A stretch of DNA of 64,000 nt from Alphaproteobacteria bacterium (GTDB lineage: Bacteria; Pseudomonadota; Alphaproteobacteria; CADEGL01). The stretch is taken from the NCBI GenBank assembly GCA_026400755.1, contig JAPLOM010000008.1, positions 12,806 through 76,805 of the forward strand, given 5' to 3'. Positions within the stretch are counted from its first letter, which is position 1. Each line of letters begins with the position of its first letter. Below the pieces are notes generated by a model that saw only the letters and a list, made by a program, of their open reading frames with translations, ran no database searches and was not told the DNA's origin. A program made the position numbers and the translations under genes. Below, piece by piece: positions 32,770 through 42,315 of the stretch.

Positions 32770-34146
32770 TCAGCGCATGGGGAAGCCGGGCGGACGGCCA
32801 CCGCCGCCCATGCCGGGCAGACCAGCGCGCATCAGCCCCTTCTGGCCCAGCTTGGTCACGCGCTTCATCATCTTCTGCGTCTCGAAGAACTGCTTGAGCA
32901 GACGGTTCACCTCCTGCACGGAGGTGCCGGAGCCCGACGCGATACGCTGGCGGCGCGAGGCCTTGATGATCTCGGGCCGCTTGCGCTCGCCCTTGGTCAT
33001 CGAGGAGATGATGGCTTCGTGGCGCTTCAGCATGTTCTCGTCGACGTTGGCTTGGGCCAGCTGCTTCTTCACCTTGGCGACGCCCGGCAGCATGCCGAGC
33101 AGGCCTTCGAGCCCGCCCATCTTGCGCATCTGACGGAACTGCTTGGCCATGTCGTCCAGGTCGAACTGACCCTTCTCGATCTTGGCGGCCAGACGCTTGG
33201 CGTCCTCTTCCTCGATCGTCTCGGACGCCTTCTCGACCAGGCTGACCACGTCGCCCATGCCGAGGATGCGGCCAGCGATGCGGTCGGGATGAAAGACTTC
33301 CAGCGCGTCCAGCTTTTCGCCGGAGCCGATCAGCTTGATCGGACAGCCCGTGACGCTGCGCATGGAAAGGGCCGCGCCACCGCGCGCGTCGCCGTCGACG
33401 CGGGTCAGCACGATGCCCGTGAGCCTCAAGCGCGCATGGAAACTCTGCGCAACGTTGACCGCGTCCTGACCGGTCATGGCGTCGGCGACCAACAGCGTCT
33501 CGATCGGCTGCACGGCCGCGTGGACCGCTTCGGCCTCCGCCATCATCGCGTCGTCGATATGCAGGCGGCCCGCGCTGTCCAACAGCACGACGTCATAGGC
33601 TTCCAACAGGCCGGTCTGAATCGCGCGCTTGGCGATGGCCACGGGCGGCTCGCCCGGCACGATGGACAGCGTCGCAACACTGGCCTGCACGCCGAGCACG
33701 GCCAGCTGCTCTTGCGCGGCCGGACGGCGCACGTCGAGCGAGGCCATCAAGACTTTCTTCTTCTGGCGTTGGCTCAACCACAGACCGAGCTTGGCGGTGG
33801 TGGTGGTCTTGCCCGAACCCTGCAGACCGACCATGAAAATCGGTACCGGCGGGTTGGCGGCCAGGTTGATGGGCACACTGGCGCCGCCCAACATCTCGAC
33901 CAAATGGTCGTGGACGACCTTGATGACCATCTGGCCGGGCGTGACGCTTTTCAGCACGTCCTGGCCCACGGCCTTATCGCGCACGGAAGCCAGGAAATCC
34001 TTGACCACCGGCAAGGCGACGTCGGCTTCGAGCAGCGCCACGCGCACTTCGCGCAGCGCCGTATCCACGTCGCCCTCGCTCAGGGCGCCGCGCCGCGTCA
34101 GCTTGTCGAACACCGCGCCAAGGCGCGTGGTCAGGTTCTCGAACAT
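32770..34146 (-). CDS. ffh: signal recognition particle protein
   Basis: Start at MFENLTTRLG (ATG 34146-34144). NG domain GLQGSGKTTT and DTAGR motifs. Met-rich M domain. Confidence 0.93.
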   Translation of the reverse strand: MFENLTTRLGAVFDKLTRRGALSEGDVDTALREVRVALLEADVALPVVKDFLASVRDKAVGQDVLKSVTPGQMVIKVVHDHLVEMLGGASVPINLAANPPVPIFMVGLQGSGKTTTTAKLGLWLSQRQKKKVLMASLDVRRPAAQEQLAVLGVQASVATLSIVPGEPPVAIAKRAIQTGLLEAYDVVLLDSAGRLHIDDAMMAEAEAVHAAVQPIETLLVADAMTGQDAVNVAQSFHARLRLTGIVLTRVDGDARGGAALSMRSVTGCPIKLIGSGEKLDALEVFHPDRIAGRILGMGDVVSLVEKASETIEEEDAKRLAAKIEKGQFDLDDMAKQFRQMRKMGGLEGLLGMLPGVAKVKKQLAQANVDENMLKRHEAIISSMTKGERKRPEIIKASRRQRIASGSGTSVQEVNRLLKQFFETQKMMKRVTKLGQKGLMRAGLPGMGGGGRPPGFPMR

Positions 34147-34303
34147 CGTCCTACGCCAAACTCCACGAATGCCCAAAACGCCGTAACGCCAGTGCGCGAA
34201 ACTCGCGGACTGGCGGACCCCGATCGGAGCAAAGCACCGAAATTGCTTTGGGCGGCGGGACCTTAGGCGGGCGGGTTGAGGGAGTCAACCAGCCCCGGGG
34301 AGG

Positions 34304-35026
34304 CTAGTTGGGCTTACAGCCCCCGACCGAGCCTGGCCCGCAACGCTTGCCGTCGGACCAGATGGCCCCGATGAAGGAGGCCCCCTCCAGAGTGGCTCCG
34401 GTCAAATCGGCCTTTTTCAGGGAGGTCCCGCCCAGATTGGCGCCGGTGAGGTTGGCCCCGACCAATTTGGCGCCCGCCAAGTCCGCGCCCGACAGGTCGG
34501 CACCGGTCAGGTCGGCACCCGAAAGGTCGGCACCCGCCAGGTTGGCCTGCACCATGGTCGCGCCGGCCAGATCGACCTTGGTCAGGACGGCCTTGCTCAA
34601 ATCCACCTGATCGAGGACGGCCAGGCGAAGGCGCGCATCGGCCATCTGGGCGCCGGGCGCGCGGCTTTTCAAAAGCGTCACGCGTTCCATATCCGCGCGG
34701 GCAAAGCCGGCACCCGAAAGATTCGCGCCGGAAAACGCCCCGCCGCGCAGCTTGGCATCGTCCATCACCGCGCCCGTGAGGTCGGAATCGTAGAAGCTGG
34801 CCGAGAACATCTCGGCGCGGCGGAAATCGGCATGCATCAGGTTCGCGCGCGTGAAGACGCTGTCCTGCAACCGTGCACCCGCGAGATGGGCGTTCGCCAG
34901 CTTCGCGCCGGTCTTGTCGCATTTGCGCCAGTCGACTCCGTCGGCGGCCGCGTCCTTGCAGGCGGCGAACGCCGGAATCGCGAAAAGCGCGAACACCACC
35001 ACGGCAACGATCACACCGGCGCGCAT
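34304..35026 (-). CDS. secreted pentapeptide-repeat protein (paralog B)
   Basis: 240 aa. Signal peptide MRAGVIVAVVVFALFAIPAFA. A(D/N)LxG pentapeptide repeats throughout. A Cys pair near the N-terminus (CKDAAADGVDWRKC) and the C-terminus (CGPGSVGGC). Confidence 0.8.
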   Translation of the reverse strand: MRAGVIVAVVVFALFAIPAFAACKDAAADGVDWRKCDKTGAKLANAHLAGARLQDSVFTRANLMHADFRRAEMFSASFYDSDLTGAVMDDAKLRGGAFSGANLSGAGFARADMERVTLLKSRAPGAQMADARLRLAVLDQVDLSKAVLTKVDLAGATMVQANLAGADLSGADLTGADLSGADLAGAKLVGANLTGANLGGTSLKKADLTGATLEGASFIGAIWSDGKRCGPGSVGGCKPN

Positions 35027-35029
35027 GCG

Positions 35030-35581
35030 CTACTCCTCTTCCTCGATGCAGCGACCGACCGAGCCGGTCGCGCAGATACGGCCGTTCGTCCAGCGCGCGC
35101 GGGTCAAAACGGCAGCGTCCAGCCGTGCGCCGTCGAGCTTGGCATCCTTGAAGTCTGCACCCACCAGATACGCGCCCGTGAGGTCAACGCCGCGCAGATC
35201 CGCGCGCATGAAACTGGCGCCCGGCAAGTTGGTGCCGTCGAGCGAGGCATCGGTCAGCACCGCGTCCATGAAATCCGCGCCCCCCATGAAAGCCGCGGAA
35301 AGATTGGCGTTCTGAAGCTTCGCGGATTTGAAGCTGGTGTTCTGCATGGTCGCGCCGCTGAGGTCCGCGCCCACGAGATCGGCCCCGGCCAGATTGGTGC
35401 CGGCCATCTTGGCATGCTTGAAATTGGCGTCGGCCAGATGCGCACCCGCCAGGGACGCGCGCGACTTGAGACAGAGATTCCAATCAACGCCGGGGGCCGG
35501 CGGATCGTCGCATCCCGCGCGCACGGGCGACGCGCCAAACGTCATCGCCAGCAGAACCAGGGCGAGTCCACGACGGGACAT
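35030..35581 (-). CDS. secreted pentapeptide-repeat protein (paralog A)
   Basis: 183 aa. Signal peptide MSRRGLALVLLAMTFGASPVRA. Same architecture as paralog B: CDDPPAPGVDWNLC near the N-terminus and CATGSVGRC near the C-terminus. Confidence 0.8.
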   Translation of the reverse strand: MSRRGLALVLLAMTFGASPVRAGCDDPPAPGVDWNLCLKSRASLAGAHLADANFKHAKMAGTNLAGADLVGADLSGATMQNTSFKSAKLQNANLSAAFMGGADFMDAVLTDASLDGTNLPGASFMRADLRGVDLTGAYLVGADFKDAKLDGARLDAAVLTRARWTNGRICATGSVGRCIEEEE

Positions 35582-35585
35582 GGTC

Positions 35586-36230
35586 TTATTGAATGGGTGC
35601 GTCGGAAGACGAATGGCGGTGGCGGTGATAATGGCGGCGCGCTTTCGCGCGGTTGCCGCACACCTTCATCTCGCACCAACGCCGGGTGCGATTCTTGGTC
35701 TGGTCGAGGAACAGCCAGCCGCAGCGCTCGCCGCCGCATTCGCGCACCCGCGGCAATTCCGTGCCGGTCAGAAGTTCGGCCGCCGACCGCGCGATCGGCC
35801 ACAGCATGGAATCGAGCGCCTCGGCGCCGTCCTGCCAGCGCCAGACAAAGCCGTCGCCGGTCTGCACGATGCTGCCATGCTCGACCGCGCGGGCCAGCGC
35901 CGCATAGACGACCGCGAGGTCGGTCGGATTGGCCGTGCGGCCGTGGGCCACATCGACGAAGACGCGATGGCTGGCGTCGCGCAGTTCGCGCGCGCGCGAC
36001 ACGGTGCGCTCGGTCTCCGGCCCGCGCCGCGCCGCCTTGCCCATGAGCGACTGGCCGACGCGCTCGTCCAACAGGTTCGCGCGCGCCGCCCAGGCCACCA
36101 GGTCGGCATAGTCGACCAGATGGTCGCGCTCGCCGGCCGCACCGCGGCCGCTGATCGTGTTGGCGAAGTCGAGGACCAGCCGGCCCCCGAGGAATTTCGC
36201 ACCCGATGCTCTGACTGTTTCAATGGTCAT
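35586..36230 (-). CDS. ABATE-domain / CGNR zinc-finger protein
   Basis: 214 aa. C-terminal RRWCEMKVCGNRAKARRHYHRH matches the zf-CGNR C-x2-C...C-G-N-R motif. Lies 4 nt upstream of pentapeptide paralog A. Confidence 0.75.
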   Translation of the reverse strand: MTIETVRASGAKFLGGRLVLDFANTISGRGAAGERDHLVDYADLVAWAARANLLDERVGQSLMGKAARRGPETERTVSRARELRDASHRVFVDVAHGRTANPTDLAVVYAALARAVEHGSIVQTGDGFVWRWQDGAEALDSMLWPIARSAAELLTGTELPRVRECGGERCGWLFLDQTKNRTRRWCEMKVCGNRAKARRHYHRHRHSSSDAPIQ

Positions 36231-36340
36231 GGACGGTTAGATTAACCGTCAAAAATACATTTGCAAGTCAGAACCGGGGCACCATCAAGCGCTGGGAAAA
36301 AGCCCAGAGATTCAATGATTTCGGCGGTGAATCGAAGAGT

Positions 36341-37483
36341 TTAGGGGCGGAAATGCTTGCTGAGGGCCAGCCCCTGGCGCTGGTAGGACGAGCCGATCGA
36401 GGGGCCATAGAGCTTTTCCGGCACTGCCAGCAGGCGCTCGAACACCAGCCGTCCGACCACCTGCCCATCCTCTAGCAGGAACGGCACGTCGTGGGAGCGC
36501 ACTTCCAGCACGCCCTTGGCGCGGCCCTGCCCGTCCTCGGAATGGCCGAAGCCGGGGTCGAAGAAGCCAGCATAGTGGACGCGGAATTCACCGACGAGGG
36601 TATCGTACGCCACCATCTCGGCCGCGTGGTCCGGCGGCACGCTGACCGTCTCCTTCGACGCCAGGATGTAGAACTCGTCCGGGTCGAGAATCAGGTCACG
36701 CCGCGCGGTGACGTGGATGCGCTCCCAGTATTCGTCGGTCGCGTAATGGGCGATGCGGTCGAAGTCGATGACGTCCGTGTGCTTCTTGGCACGGTAGCCG
36801 ACAAGGCCCCCGTCGTTCTCACCCGACAGGTCGACCGACATGGGCAGTGAGCCTTTGCCCAGCGAATCGCGGTCCAGCTCCACGTCCAGCAGCTTGGCTT
36901 CGTCCATCAGCCGTTCCAGCGCGGCCTTGCTGGCCACGGGCGCACCGCGGCGCAGGCGAAGTTGGTTGAGGCGCGAGCCCGTCCGCACCACCACGCTGAA
37001 CGCGCAGGGCGAAATCTCGGCATAGAGAGGCCCGCGATAGCCGCGCCGGATGCGCTCGAACTCCGTCGAGTTGTCGGTGATGACACGGGTGAAGATGTTG
37101 AGCCGGCCGGTGGAGCTCTTGGGATTGCACAGGCCGGAGATGTCGCTTTTGAGCTGCAGATGCTCCTGCAGCGGCACGATATAGACGTTGCCGCGTTCCA
37201 GGATCGCGCCGTCGTTCAGGTCGATGCGCGTGGCGCCCAACTGATCGAGCCGCTGCTGCACGGTCGCGTTGCGCCCGGGCAGGAAGCTGGAGCGCACGCG
37301 ATAGGCCACATCGCCCAGGCGCAGATCGACACTGGCCGGTTGGATCTGGGCGTCCGCGATCTCGGCCGTCGCGCACACGTCGCCGACACGGACCAACTGG
37401 CGGATCGCCTGGAACGGCAGGATTCCGGTGGTGTGCTGGGCCGCCTGATCGGGCGGGAAGAGGTTGCTGGAGGCTTGGGCCAT
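36341..37483 (-). CDS. dcd: 2'-deoxycytidine 5'-triphosphate deaminase, long proteobacterial form (DCD family)
   Basis: 380 aa with a duplicated dCTP-deaminase/dUTPase-like beta-barrel. Family assignment is from overall pattern, not a short motif. Confidence 0.6.
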   Translation of the reverse strand: MAQASSNLFPPDQAAQHTTGILPFQAIRQLVRVGDVCATAEIADAQIQPASVDLRLGDVAYRVRSSFLPGRNATVQQRLDQLGATRIDLNDGAILERGNVYIVPLQEHLQLKSDISGLCNPKSSTGRLNIFTRVITDNSTEFERIRRGYRGPLYAEISPCAFSVVVRTGSRLNQLRLRRGAPVASKAALERLMDEAKLLDVELDRDSLGKGSLPMSVDLSGENDGGLVGYRAKKHTDVIDFDRIAHYATDEYWERIHVTARRDLILDPDEFYILASKETVSVPPDHAAEMVAYDTLVGEFRVHYAGFFDPGFGHSEDGQGRAKGVLEVRSHDVPFLLEDGQVVGRLVFERLLAVPEKLYGPSIGSSYQRQGLALSKHFRP

Positions 37484-37744
37484 CAGGTTCGGACGATATC
37501 AAATGGTGTCGGTTTGACAACGACTTGGGACAACGCGGTTGTCCCCAACCACGGCCGCGCGCAACCGATTGCGCGTGGGGAGCTTCGTTGGGTTATCCCC
37601 GTCTTTAGGACGGGATGACGGAGAGAACTTGGGGATAAAATGTGCGAATCCGCTGCGCGGCCTTCCTTGTCAGCCGGCCCGAAACCACATTATCTATAAC
37701 CTTCTATCATTCGATCGCCCGTCCAGTGCCGCGAGGACAAGACC

Positions 37745-38710
37745 ATGGCTCATGCGCTGCTCGAAGGCTCCTTCGTCGCCCTCCTGACCCCGTTCAACCA
37801 GGACGAGTCGGTCGACTATGACGGCTTCCGCACGCTGTTGGAGTTCCAGCACGGGCACGGGTCGAGCGCGGTCCTCTTGATGGGTTCGACGGGCGAGGCC
37901 TCGATGCTGACGCCCGAGGAAAAGGCGCAGATCGTTTCGCGCACGCTGAAGATGCGCCAAGGCAAGATGCAGCTTTGGTACGGCTGCACCGGCAACAACA
38001 CGGCGTCTTCAGTCAAGCAGGTGAAGCACGCGTCGGCCGAGGGCGCCGACGGCGTGGTCATCACCATTCCGTCCTACGTCGTGCCGTCGGAAGAAGAGTC
38101 CGTGCGTTTCTTCCTGGACGTGGCCGATGCCTCGACCATCCCCGTCGGCGTCTACAACAACCCGACGCGCGTGAAGACGGATTTGTCGGCCGCCGCCATG
38201 ATGCGCATCGCCGACCATCCGAACATCGTGCTGCTGAAGGAGGCGACGTCGCGCGGCGACCAGATCGCGCGCATCGCCGCGGCCAAGAAGCACCTGTCGA
38301 TCATGTGCTGCGATTCGCCCAACCTGGGCCTGACCATGCAGGTCATGTCGCTGGGCGGCCACGGCACGGCCAACATGGGCGGCAACATCATCCCGCGCGA
38401 GATGGCCACCATCTCGACGCCGTGGAAGACGATGCAGGACATCGAGCGGTTCCGCGAAACCTATCTGCGCGTCCTGCCGCTGCTGCACTTCCACTATTCG
38501 GCGATCAATCCGGTCGCGGTGAAGTCGCTGGCCCGGGCGCTGGGCCTGCCGGCCGGTCCGTTCCGCAAACCGCTGCTCGGCCTGCCCGAGGACAAGCTGA
38601 AGGCAGGCATCGAGATCGTCCGCGAGCTGGGCATCGCCCAGCAGTACGGCTACAGCCTGGACGGTAAGGGCCGCGTCATCTCCGTGCCCCGCCGCACCGC
38701 CGCCGAATAG
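37745..38710 (+). CDS. DapA-family lyase (4-hydroxy-tetrahydrodipicolinate synthase / N-acetylneuraminate-lyase superfamily paralog)
   Basis: 321 aa. GSTGE motif and a Schiff-base Lys context (NIVLLKEAT). Confidence 0.78.
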   Translation: MAHALLEGSFVALLTPFNQDESVDYDGFRTLLEFQHGHGSSAVLLMGSTGEASMLTPEEKAQIVSRTLKMRQGKMQLWYGCTGNNTASSVKQVKHASAEGADGVVITIPSYVVPSEEESVRFFLDVADASTIPVGVYNNPTRVKTDLSAAAMMRIADHPNIVLLKEATSRGDQIARIAAAKKHLSIMCCDSPNLGLTMQVMSLGGHGTANMGGNIIPREMATISTPWKTMQDIERFRETYLRVLPLLHFHYSAINPVAVKSLARALGLPAGPFRKPLLGLPEDKLKAGIEIVRELGIAQQYGYSLDGKGRVISVPRRTAAE

Positions 38711-38734
38711 GCGTTCCGGCCGCGCTTTGCGATC

Positions 38735-38770
38735 GAGCGGCGGGCGAAAGCCCGCCGCTCGGCGTTTGTG
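38735..38770 (+). terminator. terminator-like hairpin after dapA-like gene
   Basis: gagcggcgggc-gaaa-gcccgccgctc, a perfect 11-bp stem with a GAAA loop, followed by ggcgtttgtg. Confidence 0.5.
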
Positions 38771-38820
38771 GGTCCAATTCCCTTGGACTCCCGCTTCGGG
38801 AAGGCCATATAAACCCCGTC

Positions 38821-39678
38821 ATGGCTGCACTTCCGTTCATCAAGATGCACGGGCTTGGCAACGACTTCGTCGTGCTGGACGCGCGCGCGCGCGACGTGGC
38901 GCTGACGGGCGGCCAAGCGTCTTCCATCGCCGACCGGCACACAGGTGTGGGCTGCGACCAGATCATCACCGTCGGCGCCGCGCGCAACGCGGGCGCCGAT
39001 GCCTTCATGCGCATCCAGAACGCCGACGGCAGCGAGGTTGAGGCTTGCGGCAACGCGACGCGTTGCGTGGCCGACATGCTGATGCGCGAACGCGGCACGG
39101 ACCGCGCGGTGATCGAAACCGTCGTGGGCCTGTTGCCCGCGACACGCGCATCGGGCGGCCGCATCGCAGTCGACATGGGGTCGGCGCGTCTCGACTGGCG
39201 CGAGATTCCCTTGGCCGAGGCATGCGACACGCTGCGTGTGCCCATCGCCCATGGCGCCTTGAAAGAGCCCGTCGCGGTCAGCATGGGCAATCCCCACGCT
39301 GTCTTCATCGTGCCTGATGCCGAGAGGGCGCCGGTCGCCGAAGCAGGCCCCATCCTCGAACATCACCGCATGTTCCCCCAGCGCGCGAACATCGAGTTCG
39401 TCCAGGTGCTGGATCGCGGCCGCGTGCGCATGCGCGTGTGGGAACGCGGCGTCGGCATCACCCAGGCCTGTGGCTCAGGCGCCTGTGCCGCCGCGGTCGC
39501 CGCCATCCGCCGCGGCCTGACCGATCGCAAGGTGCAGGTCATCCTGGACGGCGGCACGCTGGAACTGGAATGGCGCGAGGACGGTCACGTCGTCATGACC
39601 GGACCGGTCGCTACCAGCTTCACCGGCGAATTGCCTGCAAGCCTGATCGGCGGCGGCCGCACGGAGGCCGCGGCATGA
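38821..39678 (+). CDS. dapF: diaminopimelate epimerase
   Basis: 285 aa. FIKMHGLGNDFVV N-terminus and catalytic Cys motifs (GNATRC, ACGSGACA). Confidence 0.93.
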   Translation: MAALPFIKMHGLGNDFVVLDARARDVALTGGQASSIADRHTGVGCDQIITVGAARNAGADAFMRIQNADGSEVEACGNATRCVADMLMRERGTDRAVIETVVGLLPATRASGGRIAVDMGSARLDWREIPLAEACDTLRVPIAHGALKEPVAVSMGNPHAVFIVPDAERAPVAEAGPILEHHRMFPQRANIEFVQVLDRGRVRMRVWERGVGITQACGSGACAAAVAAIRRGLTDRKVQVILDGGTLELEWREDGHVVMTGPVATSFTGELPASLIGGGRTEAAA

Positions 39679-40916
39679 GCGGCCCCGAGATCGTCACCTT
39701 CGGCTGCCGTTTGAACACCTATGAATCAGAAGTGATCCGCACGCTGGCCCACGGCCAGGACGATACGGTCGTGGTCAACACCTGCGCCGTCACGGCCGAA
39801 GCCGAGCGCCAAGCGCGCCAGACGATCCGCAAGCTGCGGCGCGAACGGCCCGAGGCCCGCATCATCGTCACCGGCTGCGCCGCGCAAATAGACCCCGCGC
39901 GCTTCGCCGCCATGCCCGAGGTGGACCGCGTCGTCGGCAACGCCGAGAAGATGGAAGCGCGCAGCTATGCCCGCGAGGGTGAGGCACGCGTGTCGGTCGC
40001 CGACATCATGACGGTGAAGGAAAGCGCAGGCCATCTGCTCGACGGGTTCGGCGCGCGCACGCGCGCCTTCGTCGAAGTCCAGAACGGCTGCGACCACCGC
40101 TGCACCTTCTGCATCATCCCCTATGGGCGCGGGCCAAGCCGCTCCGTCCCCATGGGCCGCATCGCCGAGCAGGTGCGCCTGCTGGCCGCCTCAGGCGTGC
40201 GCGAAGTGGTTTTGACCGGCGTGGATCTGACCTCCTACGGCACCGATCTTCCGGGCGCGCCTTCGCTCGGTCAGATGGTGCGCCGCCTGCTGGCCACGGT
40301 GCCGGAGCTGGAGCGGCTGCGCCTGTCCTCCCTCGACATGGTCGAGATCGACGAGGAACTGGTGCGCCTGATCGTTGAGGAGAAGCGCATTGCGCCGCAT
40401 CTGCACCTGTCGTTGCAGGCGGGCGACGACCTGATCTTGAAGCGCATGAAGCGCCGGCACGGGCGCGACGACGCCATCCGCTTCTGCACGCGTATCCGCG
40501 CCGCGCGGCCCGAGGTGGCGTTTGGCGCCGATTTCATCGCGGGCTTTCCGACCGAAACCGATGCCATGTTCGCCAACACGCTAGCGCTGGTCGAGGAATG
40601 CGGCCTGTCCTATCTCCACGTCTTTCCCTATTCGGCGCGCAAGGGCACGCCCGCGGCCAGGATGCCGCAAGTGCCCAAGCAGGCGCGGATGGAGCGCGCG
40701 CGCCGTCTGCGCGAGGCCGGTGCTGCGTCGCTGGATCGTCATCTGGCACGCCGCGTGGGCAGCGAAGCGCGGGTGCTGGTGGAGAACGCCCGCTTCGGCC
40801 GCGATGCCGACTACGCGCCCGTGCGTCTCGACGGCGACGCGCCGGTGGGCGCCATCGCCACCGCGCGCGTGGCCCGCGTCGAGGGTGGCGAATTGCACGC
40901 CCATCTGACGGCGTAA
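39675..40916 (+). CDS. mtaB: tRNA (N6-threonylcarbamoyladenosine) methylthiotransferase, MiaB-like radical SAM
   Basis: Start at MSGPEIVTFGCRLN (ATG 39675), overlapping the dapF stop as ATGA. UPF0004 N-domain Cys triad, radical-SAM CDHRCTFC, and a TRAM-like C-terminus. Confidence 0.85.
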   Translation: MSGPEIVTFGCRLNTYESEVIRTLAHGQDDTVVVNTCAVTAEAERQARQTIRKLRRERPEARIIVTGCAAQIDPARFAAMPEVDRVVGNAEKMEARSYAREGEARVSVADIMTVKESAGHLLDGFGARTRAFVEVQNGCDHRCTFCIIPYGRGPSRSVPMGRIAEQVRLLAASGVREVVLTGVDLTSYGTDLPGAPSLGQMVRRLLATVPELERLRLSSLDMVEIDEELVRLIVEEKRIAPHLHLSLQAGDDLILKRMKRRHGRDDAIRFCTRIRAARPEVAFGADFIAGFPTETDAMFANTLALVEECGLSYLHVFPYSARKGTPAARMPQVPKQARMERARRLREAGAASLDRHLARRVGSEARVLVENARFGRDADYAPVRLDGDAPVGAIATARVARVEGGELHAHLTA

Positions 40917-40922
40917 TTTTCC

Positions 40923-41861
40923 ATGGCCAGTGACGGCGAGAAACGCGGCTTCTTCGGCCGCCTGAAGGCCGGGCTTTCCCGTTCCTCCTCGCGCCTGACG
41001 CAAGGCATCTCCGGGATCTTCACCGGCCGCAAGCTCGACCAGGCCATGCTGGACGAGTTGGAGGAGCTATTGATCGCGGCCGACCTCGGCCCCGCCACCG
41101 CCGCCACGGTGGCCAAGGAATTCGGCCGCACCCGCTTCGGCAAGGACATCGGCGAGACCGAGGTGCGCGAGGCCCTGGCCGAGGAGATCGCTAAGATCCT
41201 GGCCCCCGTGGCCGTACCGCTTTCCATCGACCCCGCGCGCAAGCCGCATGTCGTTCTGGTGGTGGGCGTCAACGGCACGGGCAAGACCACGACCATCGGC
41301 AAGCTCGCCAAGCAGCTTCGCGACGAAGGCCGCATGGTCATGTTGTGCGCGGGCGACACGTTCCGCGCCGCGGCCATCGAACAGCTTAAGATCTGGGGCG
41401 AACGAACGGGCGCCGCGGTGATCGCGCGCGAGCCGGGCTCGAGCGCCGCCGGCCTGGTCTACGACGCAATGGTGGAAGCCAAGGCCAAGGGCGCGGACGT
41501 TCTGGTCATCGACACGGCCGGACGGCTCCACAACAAGGCCGATCTCATGGCCGAGTTGGACAAAGTGATCCGCGTCATCCGCAAGCTCGATCCCGAAGCG
41601 CCGCACTCGACGCTTCTGACCCTCGACGCGACCACCGGCCAGAACGCCCACGCGCAGGTCGAGATTTTCCAGAAGACGGCGCCCATCACCGGCCTGATCG
41701 TCACCAAGCTCGACGGCACCGCACGGGGCGGCGTGCTGGTGGCCCTCGCCGACCGATTCAAGATGCCGGTGAACGCCATCGGCGTCGGCGAGGGCGTCGA
41801 CGATCTGCGCCCCTTCGATCCGAAGGATTTCGCGCGCGGGCTGATGGGGCTCGAAGACTAA
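40923..41861 (+). CDS. ftsY: signal recognition particle receptor
   Basis: 312 aa, short-N-domain form. NG domain GVNGTGKTTT and DTAGR. Lies 6 nt after mtaB. Confidence 0.93.
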   Translation: MASDGEKRGFFGRLKAGLSRSSSRLTQGISGIFTGRKLDQAMLDELEELLIAADLGPATAATVAKEFGRTRFGKDIGETEVREALAEEIAKILAPVAVPLSIDPARKPHVVLVVGVNGTGKTTTIGKLAKQLRDEGRMVMLCAGDTFRAAAIEQLKIWGERTGAAVIAREPGSSAAGLVYDAMVEAKAKGADVLVIDTAGRLHNKADLMAELDKVIRVIRKLDPEAPHSTLLTLDATTGQNAHAQVEIFQKTAPITGLIVTKLDGTARGGVLVALADRFKMPVNAIGVGEGVDDLRPFDPKDFARGLMGLED

Positions 41862-41865
41862 ATCT

Positions 41866-42273
41866 TCACCCGTGCATCTTCGCGCCCTTGGTGATTTTGT
41901 CGACGATCTTCTTGTCATCGCGGAGGGCCAGTCCGACGACCTTCATCGCGTCCGGCGCGTATTGCTTCACTGTCGCGCGGTTGGCTTCGTCGTGCCCCGT
42001 CTTGAACATGTCCTCGATGTAGAGCGACAGGCGCACGCCGCGCTCCATCGCGCGGCCATAGACGGTGGCGATGGTCGACGCATCGGCGCCGAGCACGATG
42101 ACCGGCTGGATCAGGAGCGAGTTGTAGACGTTGCCCGCCGCATCCTCGTAGGGCACGCCGATGATGCTGGGGTTGGCGCCGGCGATGCCGCCCATCAGGA
42201 ATGCCGTGACATTCAGCTTCTGCCAGACGGCGAGGTCGTCGCGCAGGACGACCGCGATCTTGGTGTCGAACAT
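41866..42273 (-). CDS. hypothetical protein (possibly DUF2000-like)
   Basis: 135 aa, no diagnostic motif recognised. ORF is compact and codon usage is consistent. Confidence 0.45.
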   Translation of the reverse strand: MFDTKIAVVLRDDLAVWQKLNVTAFLMGGIAGANPSIIGVPYEDAAGNVYNSLLIQPVIVLGADASTIATVYGRAMERGVRLSLYIEDMFKTGHDEANRATVKQYAPDAMKVVGLALRDDKKIVDKITKGAKMHG

Positions 42274-42315
42274 GGTTCTATTCCATCGGCTGCGAAAACG
42301 AGTGGTCGTTGAAAC

